Positions 46,492 to 63,030 of a stretch of DNA of 64,000 nt are shown here, piece after piece (positions within the stretch are counted from its first letter, which is position 1; each line of letters opens with the position of its first letter). Origin of the DNA: Selaginella moellendorffii (Eukaryota > Plantae > Lycopodiophyta); NCBI RefSeq assembly GCF_000143415.4, contig NW_003314262.1, forward strand, positions 3,026,603 to 3,090,602. Reading direction: 5' to 3'. A program made the translations under genes and the position numbers. The notes beneath the pieces are model-generated. The model saw nothing but the letters and a program-made list of their open reading frames with translations, was not told the DNA's origin and ran no database searches.

Positions 46492-47099
46492 CTCCACTTA
46501 AGCCATGAGCACCACAATCAATTTCCCTTTTTGAGGTAGTAGTTACTTTTAAGCACTTTCTTGATGAGCCTTTTTAGCACACTTGAAGCCCATAATTACT
46601 CCCACCTAAGCCTACTAACCCCTAGTCTCAACCCCAACTCAGTTTGGAAGCACCACTATTCAATATTGGGTTTTAAACTTAGTCTCGGACCTAATCTTGG
46701 ATCTTAAACTTAATTTCATCTGATAAATTCTTTATCATTCTGATTGTAATTTTAGGGGATTCTCTAGCTTACAACACCCCAATGAGTTGGTTCCTTACAA
46801 CTCTACCACCCATAGAAAAAGTTCAATGCCCACATTGAACAAACCTATTAATCCTACAACTTGTTGACCTTGACTCTAGGGCATTCTCACTTAATGGAGC
46901 CTCCTTAGCCAGGAGCTCATGACAACAAGACTATACACCTCCCTTACCTCACCCTAGTAGGGGGTTGCCAATGGGACTTGAACTCCTTAGGACTTAAACT
47001 CAACCTTCATAAAATATGTTTAAGGATTTGACATCTTCTCAAGAGAGTTGGCTGAAGCTTCTTATGCTTGGTCTACTTAATTAAACCCATGCTAACTAG

Positions 47100-49330
47100 C
47101 TTACCTTTAGTGTGCCTTCGAAACCCACATTACTCTACTAGATCTTGAGCATTTGCTAGGTTCTCTTTTGCCTCCCATGTTGCTATGTTTAGTGGAAACA
47201 TTTTCTATTTCATATGGAACTCTTTCACCTTGTGTCTTTGTCATTTACTCTTACTCACATTGAGGATGGCCTAAACTTCATATTCCTCATCATTTTGGAT
47301 AACCTCGGGTAAGGGTCTCATTTAGTTTTTGCGAAACGGGTCCTCAAAGTATGGCTTGAGTAAATTGATATGGGACACATAGTGCATCCTTCCCATTTCT
47401 TAAGGACATTTGAGATGGTAAGCCACTTTATCAATTCAGGCCTTACTCCCATAAGATCCTGCAAACATGCTTAAAAAACTTAAGATCACTTCATTCTAGA
47501 AATATATACATTTTACCTTTGGGTTAATTTTTTACTAATTCTATTTGATAATTTTAGGTTTTTGATGTTTCAGCCATACCTTCTCCCCAAGTTGGAACTC
47601 TATGTCTTCACATTTCTTGTTCACATATTTAGTTTGCCTCTGTTAAGCTCGTTTCAAGGAATTCTTCATTAAATTCCAAATGTTAAGTCTTTCTACTATT
47701 AATGCCTCCATTATAGGTAACTCTCTATGATACTCAACATGCTGAGTTTTACAAGACATTCAATAGTTTACCCATTAATAACTTCCTATGGACTCACCTT
47801 GATACTCAAATATGGTGAGTTGTTATAATAGATTTTCACAATCCTAAATAACCTACCCAATCCGTTTAGTGTTTAAAGATAATCTTTTAATTGCCTATTT
47901 AACTTTTCTGTTTGTTCATCTATCAAGAAGTGTTATTACTACAATATTTGACTCCATACTTAATACATATCTAGGAGTGATAGGCCATATTGAATTTTAA
48001 CTTGGTGCAATATTGCTTTAGAAGAGTTCTCTAGAACTTATTAGTGAAAGTTTTATCTAAATCTAAAATAATTTCTTTTGGCCTTTCCTACACCAAACCA
48101 TTTGTTCAAAAAACAACTTTGCCACACCTTTCGTATTCAATTCTATTATAATGGGTATAAAATGTGCCATTTTTGAAAATTGATCCACCACTACAAATAT
48201 AACATTAAACCTTTAACTTAGGGGGAGTCCTACAATAAAGTCTATTCTAAGACATTTTTATGAACGATCTAGGATTTTAAAGCTTTGCAAAAAGTTCTCA
48301 CTAGCCTTAGTCATGGCTTTCACTTGCTTATATGTTGGCCATGTTTTTATAAAGTCTTAAATATCCTTAATTATATATAGTGAGTGATATATTCTTTAGA
48401 GCAAACCCATTATTTTGGGCATTTCACCATGTTTTATAAAAAATTTATCATAACATTATTTTAAAACTACTTTCCTTAATTCACCTTGTTTATAGAACAT
48501 ATACTCTTATCTATTTATAATAAATAAGTTTATTATGTTTTACATACCTAATTTTTAGCAGCTCACTTTATTGTTAAGAATTTTATGCCTCTTTGTTTCT
48601 TAGCAACACCTCCTATTCTTTAGCAACACCTTATATTTTGCACCAATACTTACTGTGCTAGACCATTATCCTTATATATCTTTTACACATCGTTCTAGAA
48701 GGTTGTTGTTGCACTAAATGTTAAGTTCATTTTACCACTTAGAGTATTTGCCATGATATTGCTCTTTTTGGGTTTATAAAATATTTCACAATTGAATTTA
48801 GCCAAAGCATTCACCTATCAATCTTGTTTCCTTTAAAGTTAAGTTTAAAGGTGTTCCCAACTTTTTGTCACTTTTCATTAAGAGTAAGCACAAAAATGTT
48901 ATCTTAGTTCCTTTAGTATTATAGACACTAAGTTCAAGTAAGAGTCTTTGGCCTTATATTACTCTACTTTTAGATTTTAGGCCTCCACTCTAAATTGTTC
49001 TCCTTAGGCATTTGGTAATATCATTAGGTTTCTACATTATCCATGCAAAGTTAGCATAAACCAATTGAACCAATCCATTCTGAAGATCATATCAAATCTT
49101 GCCATATCCAAAATAGTGAAATCCATGTCCACTTTTTAGATCCCTACTTCAACCTTTATTTGTTGAAGTACCTCATTGGTGCTTTGGTTACCTTGAATAA
49201 ACTATATAATCCTTGGTTCTCTTAGCCATTGCACCATTAGTCTAGTTTGCCGGCTTATGTTTGTAGCCACAAAATTATTTTAAGCACTTGTGTCAATAAG
49301 AATCTTAACAGAGTTACTTTTGAGCTTCCC
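47100..49330 (-). mobile_element. Ty3/Gypsy chromovirus pol remnant (protease, RNase H end, integrase, chromodomain; RT apparently deleted)
   Basis: Minus-strand translations: VKILIDTSA*NNF (~49290), YKPKKSNIMANTLS (~48760), DFIVGLP..FVVVDQFSKMAHFIP (~48160-48240), and EEYEV*AIL...K*KMFP...ATWEAKENLANA (~47150-47290). Confidence 0.85.
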
Positions 49331-49624
49331 TTGGGGGCTAATAAATATCACAAGTGATTTTTTACCAAAGTTGCTCATGTAATGAATAACTTTGAGTTAG
49401 GGACTAAAATACATACCTTAGTTTAGACTTCACCCAAGGTTACTAACCCTTAATTCTAACTTGGTTTGAGAGCACCACTAGAGAGTGCCTTCAAAACTAA
49501 CCTCACTATCTTTATTATACTTTTGGAATCCTTTATAGTCCTTTGCCCATAAAATTTTACCCTAACAAGTCTTAGATTCAATTTGGACTCAGTTTTAAAC
49601 TGTAAACAACTAAAGAGAACCACT

Positions 49625-50160
49625 TGAGAGATGATCTATTAAAGTTCAAATATATAAAGAAAGAGCTTATGAATAAGAGTGCACCTTTTTTTTGAATCGA
49701 TTAAGGGTCTTATAATATTTGGGGTTAAGTGTCCTTAGGTTTGAATAGTATTGCCTAAATGACCTCATGAGAAGTCCAAATCCAAAAGCTTATATTGAGT
49801 ATTAGATATTAATTGGCTTCACACTATATATTGAGATTGACATCTGATAAATTTAATTTGCCTCCAGTTGGGCCCTACTCTTCAGAGATTAATATCTGGC
49901 AGATCTAATTTACCTCTAATTGGGTTCAACTTGAGGGGTAGGGTGTCAAGAGAGTAGGGATCTCAAGAGAGTTGTGGCTCCCAACTTTGGAAACATGGTG
50001 AATTATAATCAACCAAATAGAACAACTTGAGAGATAATCTATTAGGGTTCAAATATAAAGGGCCCATGGATAAAAGTTTTTCCAATCTATTAATTTTTTA
50101 AAGATATTTAGTGTTAAACATCCTTGGGTTTGAATAGTATTAGAAATCCAAAAGCTTATA
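49625..50160. repeat. Two copies of an AT-rich dispersed repeat (~150-180 bp); third copy at 59620-59780
   Basis: Shared GAGA..ATCTATTA..GTTCAAATATA...GGTTTGAATA.TATT...AAAGCTTATA blocks at 49627, 50029 and 59622. Confidence 0.65.
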
Positions 50161-51690
50161 AAATATAAAGATAACTAGAGGAGGATGGTCTAAAGTCTGT
50201 AAATACTACAAAGTATATAGATCATCTAATTTAGATTGAACCATTCGTTAGAGGTTTTTACCCCAATTAATATAATCCTAAATAAAAAGAAATATAATAC
50301 CAAAGGAAACTAGCAACTCAGCAATGGAAGTCTCTTTAGCCATGTGTAAGTCCCATTTAAACATAATACTAAAAGAGCATAACTGGCTTGGGAATTGGAG
50401 CTCTTTTGTTGCAGCCCCAGCCAACTCACCCTAGTTTCCTTCAGTCCAATCTAGTCCAAATTCAGTCCAGAGGAATAGAGAGTCCAAGGCAGCCAGCCAG
50501 CCAACCAAATTTCCTCACTTTTTCTGTCTACTATTTGTTGCCTGTTTGCTGGTATTGTGTGCTAGCCAGCAAAGAAAGACCCCCTTTTTTCTGTGTGACA
50601 CCATGTGTTGGAATTATGCATTGTCTGTCTAGTAGGATGCTTTCAAGCCACACACACACACATAATACACAAAACTTGTCATTCTCTCTCAGCTCAGGGA
50701 TTAAATAAAGTACACCAGGCTTTGGAATGAATCTGAGAGAGAAGGGAGAATAAAGTTTCACCCCTTGCAAACAAACAAATCTCATCCTTCCTCAACTGCA
50801 CGGACGCTGATGTGCCTCTGTACGGAATTTAAGTGCTGTTGTACGCCACGTCTCTAAAGGCAGAGTTTGGCAGGAGCAAGTCACAATTGCAAGTGGTGCT
50901 GTCTGTCAATTGAGTCGAGTCTCCGTTCTAGCAGAAATCTTTTTCTCCATTTTTTTTTGTATATTCGAATATTTGTCTTTTTTATTTGTAGTTTTTGACA
51001 TTCATTCCCTATTAACCCCGTTCTTCACAGATTTCCAGGAACAAACCAGACAAAGGAGAGAAAGTTGGTGGACTATAAAACTAAGTTCTTTGTTTGCTTG
51101 CTGCATACATTTTCTACAAGATATTTCTTACAAACGGAAAGTGGGAATCATATACGAATTTGGCAGTGAACCAAATGAAAAAATAACATTTCATCCAGTG
51201 AAGTGAATTGGAATTGTTTTGAAAGAGCTGGCCTTTGGCATTGATTTCCCAAAGTAGATTGGAGGTCATTCTCACCCAGTACCACGTAGATGTAATGTAG
51301 GGCGCTTCCAGCTTGTAATGCCGGAACGTAGGAGGGAAAGGAGTGAAAGCTAAATAACTAGCTCCTTGGATTGGATCAGGTACGAGGCGATCGATCGGCA
51401 CTTGGGTCGCTCCAAGCTGCGACTTTGGCCACTGCCCACGAGATTTCTGGGTGGAATCGCCAGACCCATCAAACGGTAAATGGGAGAAACCCATCGATTT
51501 CTCTCAAACGGCCAGTTTGACGATTTTGCGGCGCCCACACCACGATCACCACCACGATCACTGTAGCTACAAGAAAGGGATCGCCAATCCCTCCGCTAGC
51601 TGGCTCGCATTCCCCCCCTTCTCATCACTATCACCATCTTCTCTTTGTTTGTTTTCTCTTTCTTTGTTATTTTTTCGAAAGTAGTAAGAG

Positions 51691-51731
51691 CTCTCTCTCT
51701 CTCTCGCTCTCTCGCTCTCGCTCTCTCTCTC
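51691..51731 (+). repeat. (CT)n microsatellite in the kinase 5' leader
   Basis: CTCTCT.../CGCTCT tract. Confidence 0.85.
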
Positions 51732-51973
51732 AATCTCGACTTTGATTTGATCCATCGGCGCCAAGAACAGAGTCGCGAGCTCGGTCTTCCTAGTGGGTTT
51801 TGGATCTGGATGCCTGCGAGGCTCGGGGGGAACAGCAATGGATGGATCGAATGTGGGTGCTCGAGATGGAGGCGACCCACATTGGGGATATCCGGCGAGC
51901 CACACCCTGATCTAGCAGCTAGAAGAGAGAAACACCCATCGATCCGATCGGCTCGATCGAGCGACGCCTCCCA

Positions 51974-54455
<2,482 letters not shown>

Positions 54456-55149
54456 AGTGGAAATATATTCGTAGTATATTCTAGATTTGCAGCCCTAGGT
54501 TTTGATCCAACGGTGAGACTGCGATGATTTAATGTGCACCGTGGATTCTAGGGCTCTTGTTCTAGCACTAGGGCTTGTGTGATGCCGCCGAGGATCTGCC
54601 TTCTTCCTCGCAGATGATGAGAAAAGAGATCCAATTCCGATCAAAGCATGAGGCTTACAGGAAATTCGAGCTTTTTAAATCTGATGCATCGACCGCTTTG
54701 CTCTTCTTTTGTATTCTTTTCTCTGTGATGACAAAAAGAGATGACGAGTCTGAGCTTTCATCTTTCCTGGCGTGCCCAATGGCTATCGCGGAGCAATGTT
54801 CTATTGTTCTTCGTGCTCTGGCTATGGAATCGCGCCGGAAGAAGCTGGATTTCTCTTTGAAATTCTGCTAGTAGTGAAGCACGAATCGAGGCATTTGTCT
54901 GAGAGAAGTTCTTGTGATATTTGTAAAGAGCTGTTCTTCCTTTTCCTCCGAGCGATCTCCCTTGGATGATGAGAAAATTACGACGGTCTTCAGAGAAATC
55001 TCGTGATAGACAAAACTTTGAACAAGAAAATCTCTGACAAGTTGAAGGATCACACACTTTTTCATCTCTCACCTCTTGATTCATTTAGTTTACAAGACTA
55101 GAACAAAACCAAAACTGTAGTCACGATAGGAAAGAAAAAATTCACTGAT

Positions 55150-56391
55150 TTATCTGCTGCTACTTCTTCGATCGCGCCTGTCGATGGAAGTGATCGATTG
55201 CGGCATGGACATTCCAACCGATGCTACAATTTCTGATAAAACCAGAGGATCGAAGTTCTAAGAACCAAGTAGAAAGATTGTAAGAACTTACCGATGCCTT
55301 CTCGAACTGACAAGTTGGGCCTGATCACGTCCCGCGAGTTCACGAGAAAGATATCTCCAATGTAGAGATGGTTTGTGGGAACGTAGATGCTGCAAAGTTC
55401 CTCGTCGCCAGATTCATTCTGGAAGATCACGCAACAAATGAGACAATGGGACGATGAAACGAAGCATTGGAGCTTTGAGCTTGATCAACCTGGAGAATGA
55501 GGCTAGACGTGATGAAACCAATCGCGTACTCTCCAACACGAGGGTGTCGTATGATCGCCACCTCCTTGAAAGCCTGGGTGTTTTGATCTGTAGGAAAGAA
55601 CATTAGCAAAGCAAATCAAACTAATCCATCGTGCGAAGTTCCTCATACCTGGAGAGATCGCAGCACTGATTTGCTTGGACGCCGAGTATATGTGTCTCAC
55701 GAGAGGCATACGTTTGATAACCCACTCGCCGACCATAAGAACCGACGCTCCCATCCACGACGAAACAAAAACTCCCACCAGGAATATGAAGACGATGGTG
55801 GTCACGAATCCAAGTCCTAAACAATTCGCGACAGAAATCTTAGAGATCAATGAATCCAGGCAAAGAACTCACCAAAGAAATTTATCCCCAGATGGGCATA
55901 GACCGGCCGGAAGAAGCTATCCACGAATTCCACAAACCACCAAGTGATGTAGAAGGTGATCGCCAGCGGAAAGAGGATCACACTGCAAAGGACAGACAGC
56001 AAGAACACATACGAAAAAAGAACTTAAATAGTATTCGTCTAGGCTAGAAAAAAAATTTCCTTCCTTGGAGGAGATGATAGAGAGTTCTTACCATCCACTC
56101 ATGAATTTCTTGGACGCCCAGCTCTGGAGGACCGCGTAGAAAGCCTATAGAGGAAAGATTTCTCTCCGAAATTTCGTGGATTGAATCCCTTACCTCGCGG
56201 CCGGAGTGATACCCAGACGGCGTGGGCGCGCCCTCCTTAAGAGGATCCTCGAGGTCATTGCCGATAGGCATGAGCATCTCCCGGTCGCCTACCCGATCCA
56301 CCGCCGCCGCCCTGGAAGGAGCTGATGGAGATGGAGAGGAAGAGGAGGAGGAGGAGGAGGAGGAGGAGATGGCGGCACCTTGAACTCCCAT
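55150..56391 (-). CDS. COV1/LIKE-COV (DUF502) Golgi/TGN membrane protein, 7 exons
   Basis: SWASKKFMSGC, VILFPLAITFYITWWF, GLGFVTTIVFIFLVGVFVSSW, IYSASKQISAAISP, AFKEVAIIRHPRVGEYAIGFIT, YVPTNHLYIGD. Confidence 0.93.
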
Positions 56392-57037
56392 GCTCCAGCG
56401 CCACGGCGAGATCGATCGCGAGCGCGAAGTGGAGTAGGGCCGCCAATTGCGTAGCTTAAGCGACTCGTCCCAGCCTTGGAAGGTGCGCTGTTCGAATCTC
56501 CACGGTTAATTGACCTAAACATTCTGATCAACAAACCTCAAATTAATAGAAAGAACAATGAGGATAAAGGTTGTGAAATACAAAGAATAAAACTATTGTA
56601 TATTTAATTAACTTAAAAACCTTAAATTAATCTCACTATATTAATAACATTATACCCCTTTGATTTCATATTATCCCCTGTTCACCAGGGTGAAAATTTT
56701 ACCCCTTGTGTTTCGTTTTGCGTGGTAAAATGGCATGGAAAGCATTTAAGATTTTCTAGTTGATGGGTTAAGATTTTGAAAGAGTAGACATCAGTGGAAT
56801 TTCTTCTTAATCTCTTTGTATAAAGCATTTCAAATGTTGCACATATATAGTTTTTGGAGGATTGATATCACGCAAAACATTATAAATTTGCAATCCAATT
56901 TGCTGTAACACTTTAAATAATCCCTTCCATTGAGTAAAGTAAATTGATAATGATGAAAGTTATAAAGCTCACTTTTGTTCTAATTTATCCTTATGCTTCT
57001 ACCTCTTTTTCTATCACTTTTGTCTCATTATTATTTT

Positions 57038-58465
57038 TGTAAATGATTAATTTTTCCATTCAACTTTAGTCATTTAACCATACTTTTTGACCATTTGGAA
57101 GAATTTCACTCATAATCTCTATAAATCCTAACCCCATGAGTGGCTTCTACCTTTGCATTTAATCCACATGCTCTATGTGTTTAATCTTACTATAGACACC
57201 CAAAAATACCATTGACATATCAATCTGTTATGTGCACTCCAAGACCACTTATATTATAGTCTTATCTCCTAAAGACTCTCACCATCCATCTATGAGTGGT
57301 CATTTTATGACCACACTTTAAGATGCCCGAAGATATGAAAAACATTCTTTAATATCCTTTTTTCAGTCTCTACTAAATCCCTCTCTATCCATGGCAATAC
57401 TCACAAATACTACCACTAGATTAATACCCAAGGGCCCGACCACTAAATCCCATTAACCTTTAACATTTCCTCACCATATAACTATACCTTGGTCATTATG
57501 CAAGAGGTTTATTTTTCTTCTTTTCTATAGTTTAGAACTTTGGGATGACATTTTAGAATACCGTAACTCTATACAAGTTTCATAGATACTCCCCCCACCT
57601 TCTACCTTTGAGTACCCTCACCACATGGCTAAAATGATGTTTCAATAAGCCATGTTAAATATCGAAGTAAGTAATATCACCCACACTTGGATTAGGAACA
57701 TTAACCATTCAATCTTTTAGGGGAGCTAGAATTAATTTTTGAACACTTCACTAAATTACTCCACTTGTCCATTTGTATTCATTGTAGCATTAGACTCTTT
57801 AATAGTTATATCATCACCCACTATATAAATGTAGCCTTCTTGGGTTATATTGACCTTTCCTAGCTAAACTGGTTCCACTGAAGTCCAACTTCCACACTCT
57901 CTCTATCGTACTTTTGAACACCCTACACCCCACAGCCCAACTTCCCCCCCCCCGGAGGATGATTGCTTTGGGCTTTCACCCCACAATCTGTATTAGCATT
58001 TGGACTTGGTCTTGGACTTTGTTCAGACTTGAACTTAGACTTGAACTCAAATTCAGTCTAAGTTTTGATCTCAGTCTCAGTTTCAGACTCCATCTCAAAC
58101 TTGGTCTTGGTCTCTATTCAGACACCTCAAACTCCATTTTGGACTCCATTTTGGATTCAGTCTTGATCCCTATTGGGGCTCTATTTCAAACTCCATCTTA
58201 AACTCCTTGAACTCGGTTTTGATACTTTTATATATCATGACACTTGCTATATGTTTGTCCTTCTTGTGTCCTTTTTCCAAAGACTCATTCATCAATTGCT
58301 TCATACTCATTCCCCGAGCACTTCGTTAGGAGTTCCATTCCTACTTTTAACTTTTCAAGTCATAAATTTTAGTCCAAATGTGTTACACTCATTGGACTCT
58401 CGCTTCGATCATTGCCATATAGCACACTTTTGACTTCAATGAGGTTTAGGGATTTGTGTCTCATA
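57038..58465 (-). mobile_element. Old, AT-shifted solo LTR of the 34578-36456 family
   Basis: TGTAAATGAT...GTCTCATA is collinear with the 34578 LTR. 5-bp TSD ATTTT (57033-57037) / ACTTT (58466-58470). Confidence 0.85.
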
Positions 58466-59779
58466 ACTTTCTATTGTATTTCCATTTTGCTCTTAGATTC
58501 CTTTTTCAAATCCCTCAATTAATCTTTATGTTGCAAAAAATGATTAGCTCAAGGAGGAGTATGTTGATTTCTTTGACTTTGATCTATCATTTGGGGCCAA
58601 GATTAAAATATATCATCTTATTTCAATTAGGGTTGCTTGTTCAATTAAAGTTATCATTTGGTGTTGGTCATCAAAAGAGATTAAGATTTATACATAAATG
58701 TTAAAGAAATGTTGAAAAGGGATGTTATCCAAAAGTCTCAAGTCTTTAACTATATGAACCTTATCTTGTGATGAAGCTTTCTGCTCATAGAATGGCTACA
58801 TATGCAAAGTAGCATTATATGTGGGGCACCACCAACACCCAAAAGAGATAAGTATTCTTTGATGAGAGTATTTAATTTTATATCATCTATCATTTATTAA
58901 ATAAGGTGACTATCCCAAATATGTACCTTCTTCCTCATATTATTGATTTATTAAATCATTTGGGACAAGTAATTGATTTACCAAATTAAATCTTACTTTT
59001 AGGTACTCGTTGTTTATAATATGCCAAATGTGATTATTGACTTCATTGATGATATTTTGATCTATATGAAGGAAACATAGGAGGAGTATATCTGTGATAT
59101 CTATAAGGTGTTAAATTGCCTATGGGAAATTAATTTAAAATTGAAGTGGTAAAAATGTGTGTTTGGGTCTTAAGACATCATTTATCTTAGATATTGTATT
59201 TCTTATAAAAGTTTATAAGTTGATCCTGGCAAAATTATGACTATCATAAAGTTTTTTACTCTAAAGTATATGAATGATGGGGAAGGTGTAATATATTTGC
59301 TGTTTTATTAATCATCTTTCTGGTTGTATTGCATTATTGCAAACATTTTTTAAGTCATCAATATTGTCTTTCATCTAGTTTAAAGACTACAAATGGGCAT
59401 TTATAAATCTCAAAAAACTGTTTATAACTCCTCCAATTTTAGTTTATCTTGACCACACTTGACCTTTTATTTTATGCATAAATGCTTTTGATATTGGTCT
59501 TAAGGGTGTGTTGATATAAGACAACACAAGTGTGTTTAGTTAGCATAATCCCATTATGTATATCAATTATACCTTATAACTAATAGAGGTGAACTATATA
59601 AATAGCAAAAGGGAATGACTCGAGAGACGATATATAGGGGTTCAAATATAAAAAGAAAGGGCTTATGAATATTAATACACCTCAATTAAAAGTTTTTGGA
59701 TATTTGGGGTTAAGCATCCTTAGGTTTGAATAATATTAGACTTCGTGACTTTTTAGGAAGTCCAAACTAAAGAGCTTAT

Positions 59780-61070
59780 AAACTAGTCCCTTGCTCGCCC
59801 GTGCTAAATCTTGATTGCCCTTGCTCGTTGTGCCGTTCCCAAGCCAATCCTCCTCCTAACCCTAGCTCCCACCACCTCCTTTTTTGCTGCCCTGCTGCAT
59901 TCCAAGAAGTCTTTGCTGATCCACCTCCCAATCCTTTGTAACAAACCCCTCCCCACCATGTCAGATCCCCTTGCCGAGTCATCCCTCCATGTGTTCTGCC
60001 TCACTTTGTTCTACAGGCTTGTTATTGGCCCCTACAGCTGTAGTGGTTCTTCCCCCCAATAAAATGGAGACACTTCCACGCGTTTCCCCTTATAGTCTTA
60101 GTGGTCTCCTACCTCAATTCTGATATAGAATGCCTGCTTTGCCATGCCCTCAGCCATTGCTGCATCACTGTTTAGCATCCTAGCTACCCAAATCAATGCT
60201 ACCTAGTACTGTTGCATGGACTTGCCTCTCTTGAATTTGTGATCCCTCATCGTGAGGAAGGCACGTTCAGCAGGCTGTCCAAGCTGGAAGTGGCGGCGGC
60301 CACGTTGAATTGCCTCCTCCCAAGATTCCTCTTCAACTCCACTCCGATGGGCCATAAAAAGTTGTTGTGCTTCCCCTTCCAGAGCCATGCATAATCTCTC
60401 TCTCTCTACGACTTTGTTGTTGTGCACTGCACACTCAAAAATCTCCAGATAGAGCTCAAAGTCTTCTCCCATTTTGTATATAGGATACTTGACGCGAGCC
60501 GATGACAAAACTTCTGGGCAGAAAAGCGCCTTTCTCATTGTAACATTTCCCACTACTGCTAGCAGTTTGCCCAATCACCATGTGACCTAGGGGTCCTTCA
60601 AGAGTGCAACCATGGCTGCAGCCAAATGCTCGTTGTCAGCATTCTCCAGCAGCCTCTCAGTGCTTGCCTCCACTTGTGGTTCCTTAGACAGCCAGTTAGA
60701 AGCATCCTCCCTTTCCCTGAGTGGGAGTGGAGCATTCGAGTCCCCTTCGTGGCCAGATGCCCGTCCTCGTGATAGTGGAGATGCCATGCTTCTAGTTCAT
60801 GCCAAATAAGAAAGGTGCCATGGCCCAAGCATGTCACTAGCACCTAGGGTAGATCACCAAGGTCCCCCCACCATTAGCCACCTTGACTTAGCTCATTCCT
60901 CAATAGGGTAGATCACCAAGATCCCCCCACCACTGGCCTCCTTGGCTCAGCTTATTCCTAGTGCCTAGGGTAGATCACCAAGATCCCCCCACCATTGGCC
61001 TCCTCAGCTCAGCTCATTCCTCAGCCCCTGGCTGGATGTATGGCAGCTCCAACCTTTGGATGCCATACCT
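59780..61070 (-). mobile_element. Retrotransposon gag-like remnant with putative PBS
   Basis: Consecutive in-frame ORFs 60787-60587 and 60574-60203 contain YKMGEDFELYLEIFE..LCMALEGEAQQLF..SWEEAIQ..F..KFKRGKSMQQY (gag capsid-like). A PBS-like TGGCATCC is at ~61058-61065, next to TGTGAC at 61071. Confidence 0.65.
60843..61024. repeat. ~60-bp tandem repeat x3 in the retroelement leader
   Basis: TAGGGTAGATCACCAAG.TCCCCCCACCA.T.GCC.CCT...CT.AGCT.ATTCCT at 60845, 60904 and 60966. Confidence 0.9.
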
Positions 61071-62984
61071 TGTGACCAAACCTCTTGGTCACACTGGCTG
61101 TCCTAGCTAGGAAAGTTCCTTTAGCCATGTGTGTCCTCCATGTTACTGCACAATGCACTCATGCTTGAAATTTCAATCATGCTAGAAATGGAATTGAAAA
61201 GGAAAATTCATATAGACTCCAATATGCCCAGCCAGATGTGATGAGGTGCCCCTCATCTCCACCATAAAATGTGGACCCTCAACCAGAAAGAAAATTTAAT
61301 AGTAATTTGGGATTTCAAGAAGCTTCATGTGTACTTATATAGTTCTTAAACATTATTCAAAGCTGATCATATTACAGTTACTTCATTATTAAAGTGGAAG
61401 AATTTAGTTGGTCGTACAACTTGATAGGTTCTAAACCTTTAAATATATAATTTTAAACTTGTTTATTTTTCAAGGAGTTTTATGGTTATTACTAATACCT
61501 TTTCTCAAGTTCCTCTCCATTCTTTGCTTCTTTTTCAATAAGTATAATATTTCAGTATTAATGGATTTTCTAGATGAAGATTTTATACCATTGACATTTG
61601 TTATATTTAATGTTTAGTGTCCACAAAGTGTGGAGCAAAATTTACCTTCTTTTGATGAAGTTTGTCAGGTTAAAAAGGTTTAATTATGGATTCAAAAGTT
61701 TTGTGATGGGTTTAAGAATTTTGCATCATTTCCTAATAACTTACTATTTTAGCATTAATATTTTTAATATCATCTTGAGGAAAACCTTCTTTATTTTATA
61801 AAGATTGATCCTAATAATCATTTACAGTTGGTGGTATTTCATGCTTTCTCCATATCTACCATAACTCTTATATTCTAGGCTAATATATAGGACATTATTG
61901 TGTGAATGAGAAGTTGTGCAAGTCTTTCTATTAGCTTGAAATATAATATGATGTTAACTAGTATATGCATAGTTATGTTTAGTGTCAAATTTATAATACT
62001 CTCCCTCATACTATATAAGGATGGTTCCCATGTGTTTGAGTTGTTGGTAATTGATTTAATGGAAGATTTTCCATGGTTGACTATTGGTAATGATTATTGC
62101 TTCCAACTATTTGACTTATTGAGTGGAAGTTAATGCTCTTATGAGTGCATCTACAACTACTGTTGAATACTTCCTCTTTAATGAAATATATTCCAATTTA
62201 TTTTTTTTAAAATGGATTCTCTTAGATAATGGTCATACATTTATATCTTAGGCAAGTGTTTAATATTCACAAACTAATGGTTTGTTTAATGGCTCATCTA
62301 GACCTTCAAAGGGATGATTATGAAGTATATAAGCTTATAGTATTTCGATTGGGATGGTTATTTGGCATTTCTTTAGTATGAGCATATCATAGGGGTATAG
62401 AGTTTCTTAAAAACTCTTATATAGTTATGATTCAATATTAATAATGGAGTTGAATTTTCATAATTGCCTTTGTGATTGCCATGAGTTATCAATGTTATTT
62501 CCTGGGATTAATATTTTACAACATTCTTCCACTGGTTTGGATGGAATCTAATAAACACTTAAGCCATATACAAATGAATAAAAATAAAAAAGTATGAAAT
62601 AGAAAGGAGAAGTCTTAAAGTCACATTTAGCATAATTACACTGCAACCAATCCATACTAAAAATGAAGTCAAAATATTGACATGACATCATTTAGAATGA
62701 TTGAACCTTAGACTCAAGATCACTTATACATAAACTAGGTCTACCTCATCTCATACATTACTATAAAAAATGAAGATTGGCACTATCATATAATATAAAT
62801 ATAGACAATAACATATGAGAATAAGCTAAGTGATAAAAGATAAACTCAAGCCTATATCAACCCACATGTAGAAGATAACAAGGGATCTCTTGTTATAATA
62901 ATGAGTTTGGAAAATAAACATTGGATGAATTAATGTCAAATGAAATTTTTTATAATACTCCTAAAATAAAGATAAAGTGGCTAT

Positions 62985-62986
<2 letters not shown>

Positions 62987-63028
<42 letters not shown>
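62987..63028. repeat. (AT)21 microsatellite
   Basis: Directly visible. Confidence 0.95.
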
Positions 63029-63030
<2 letters not shown>

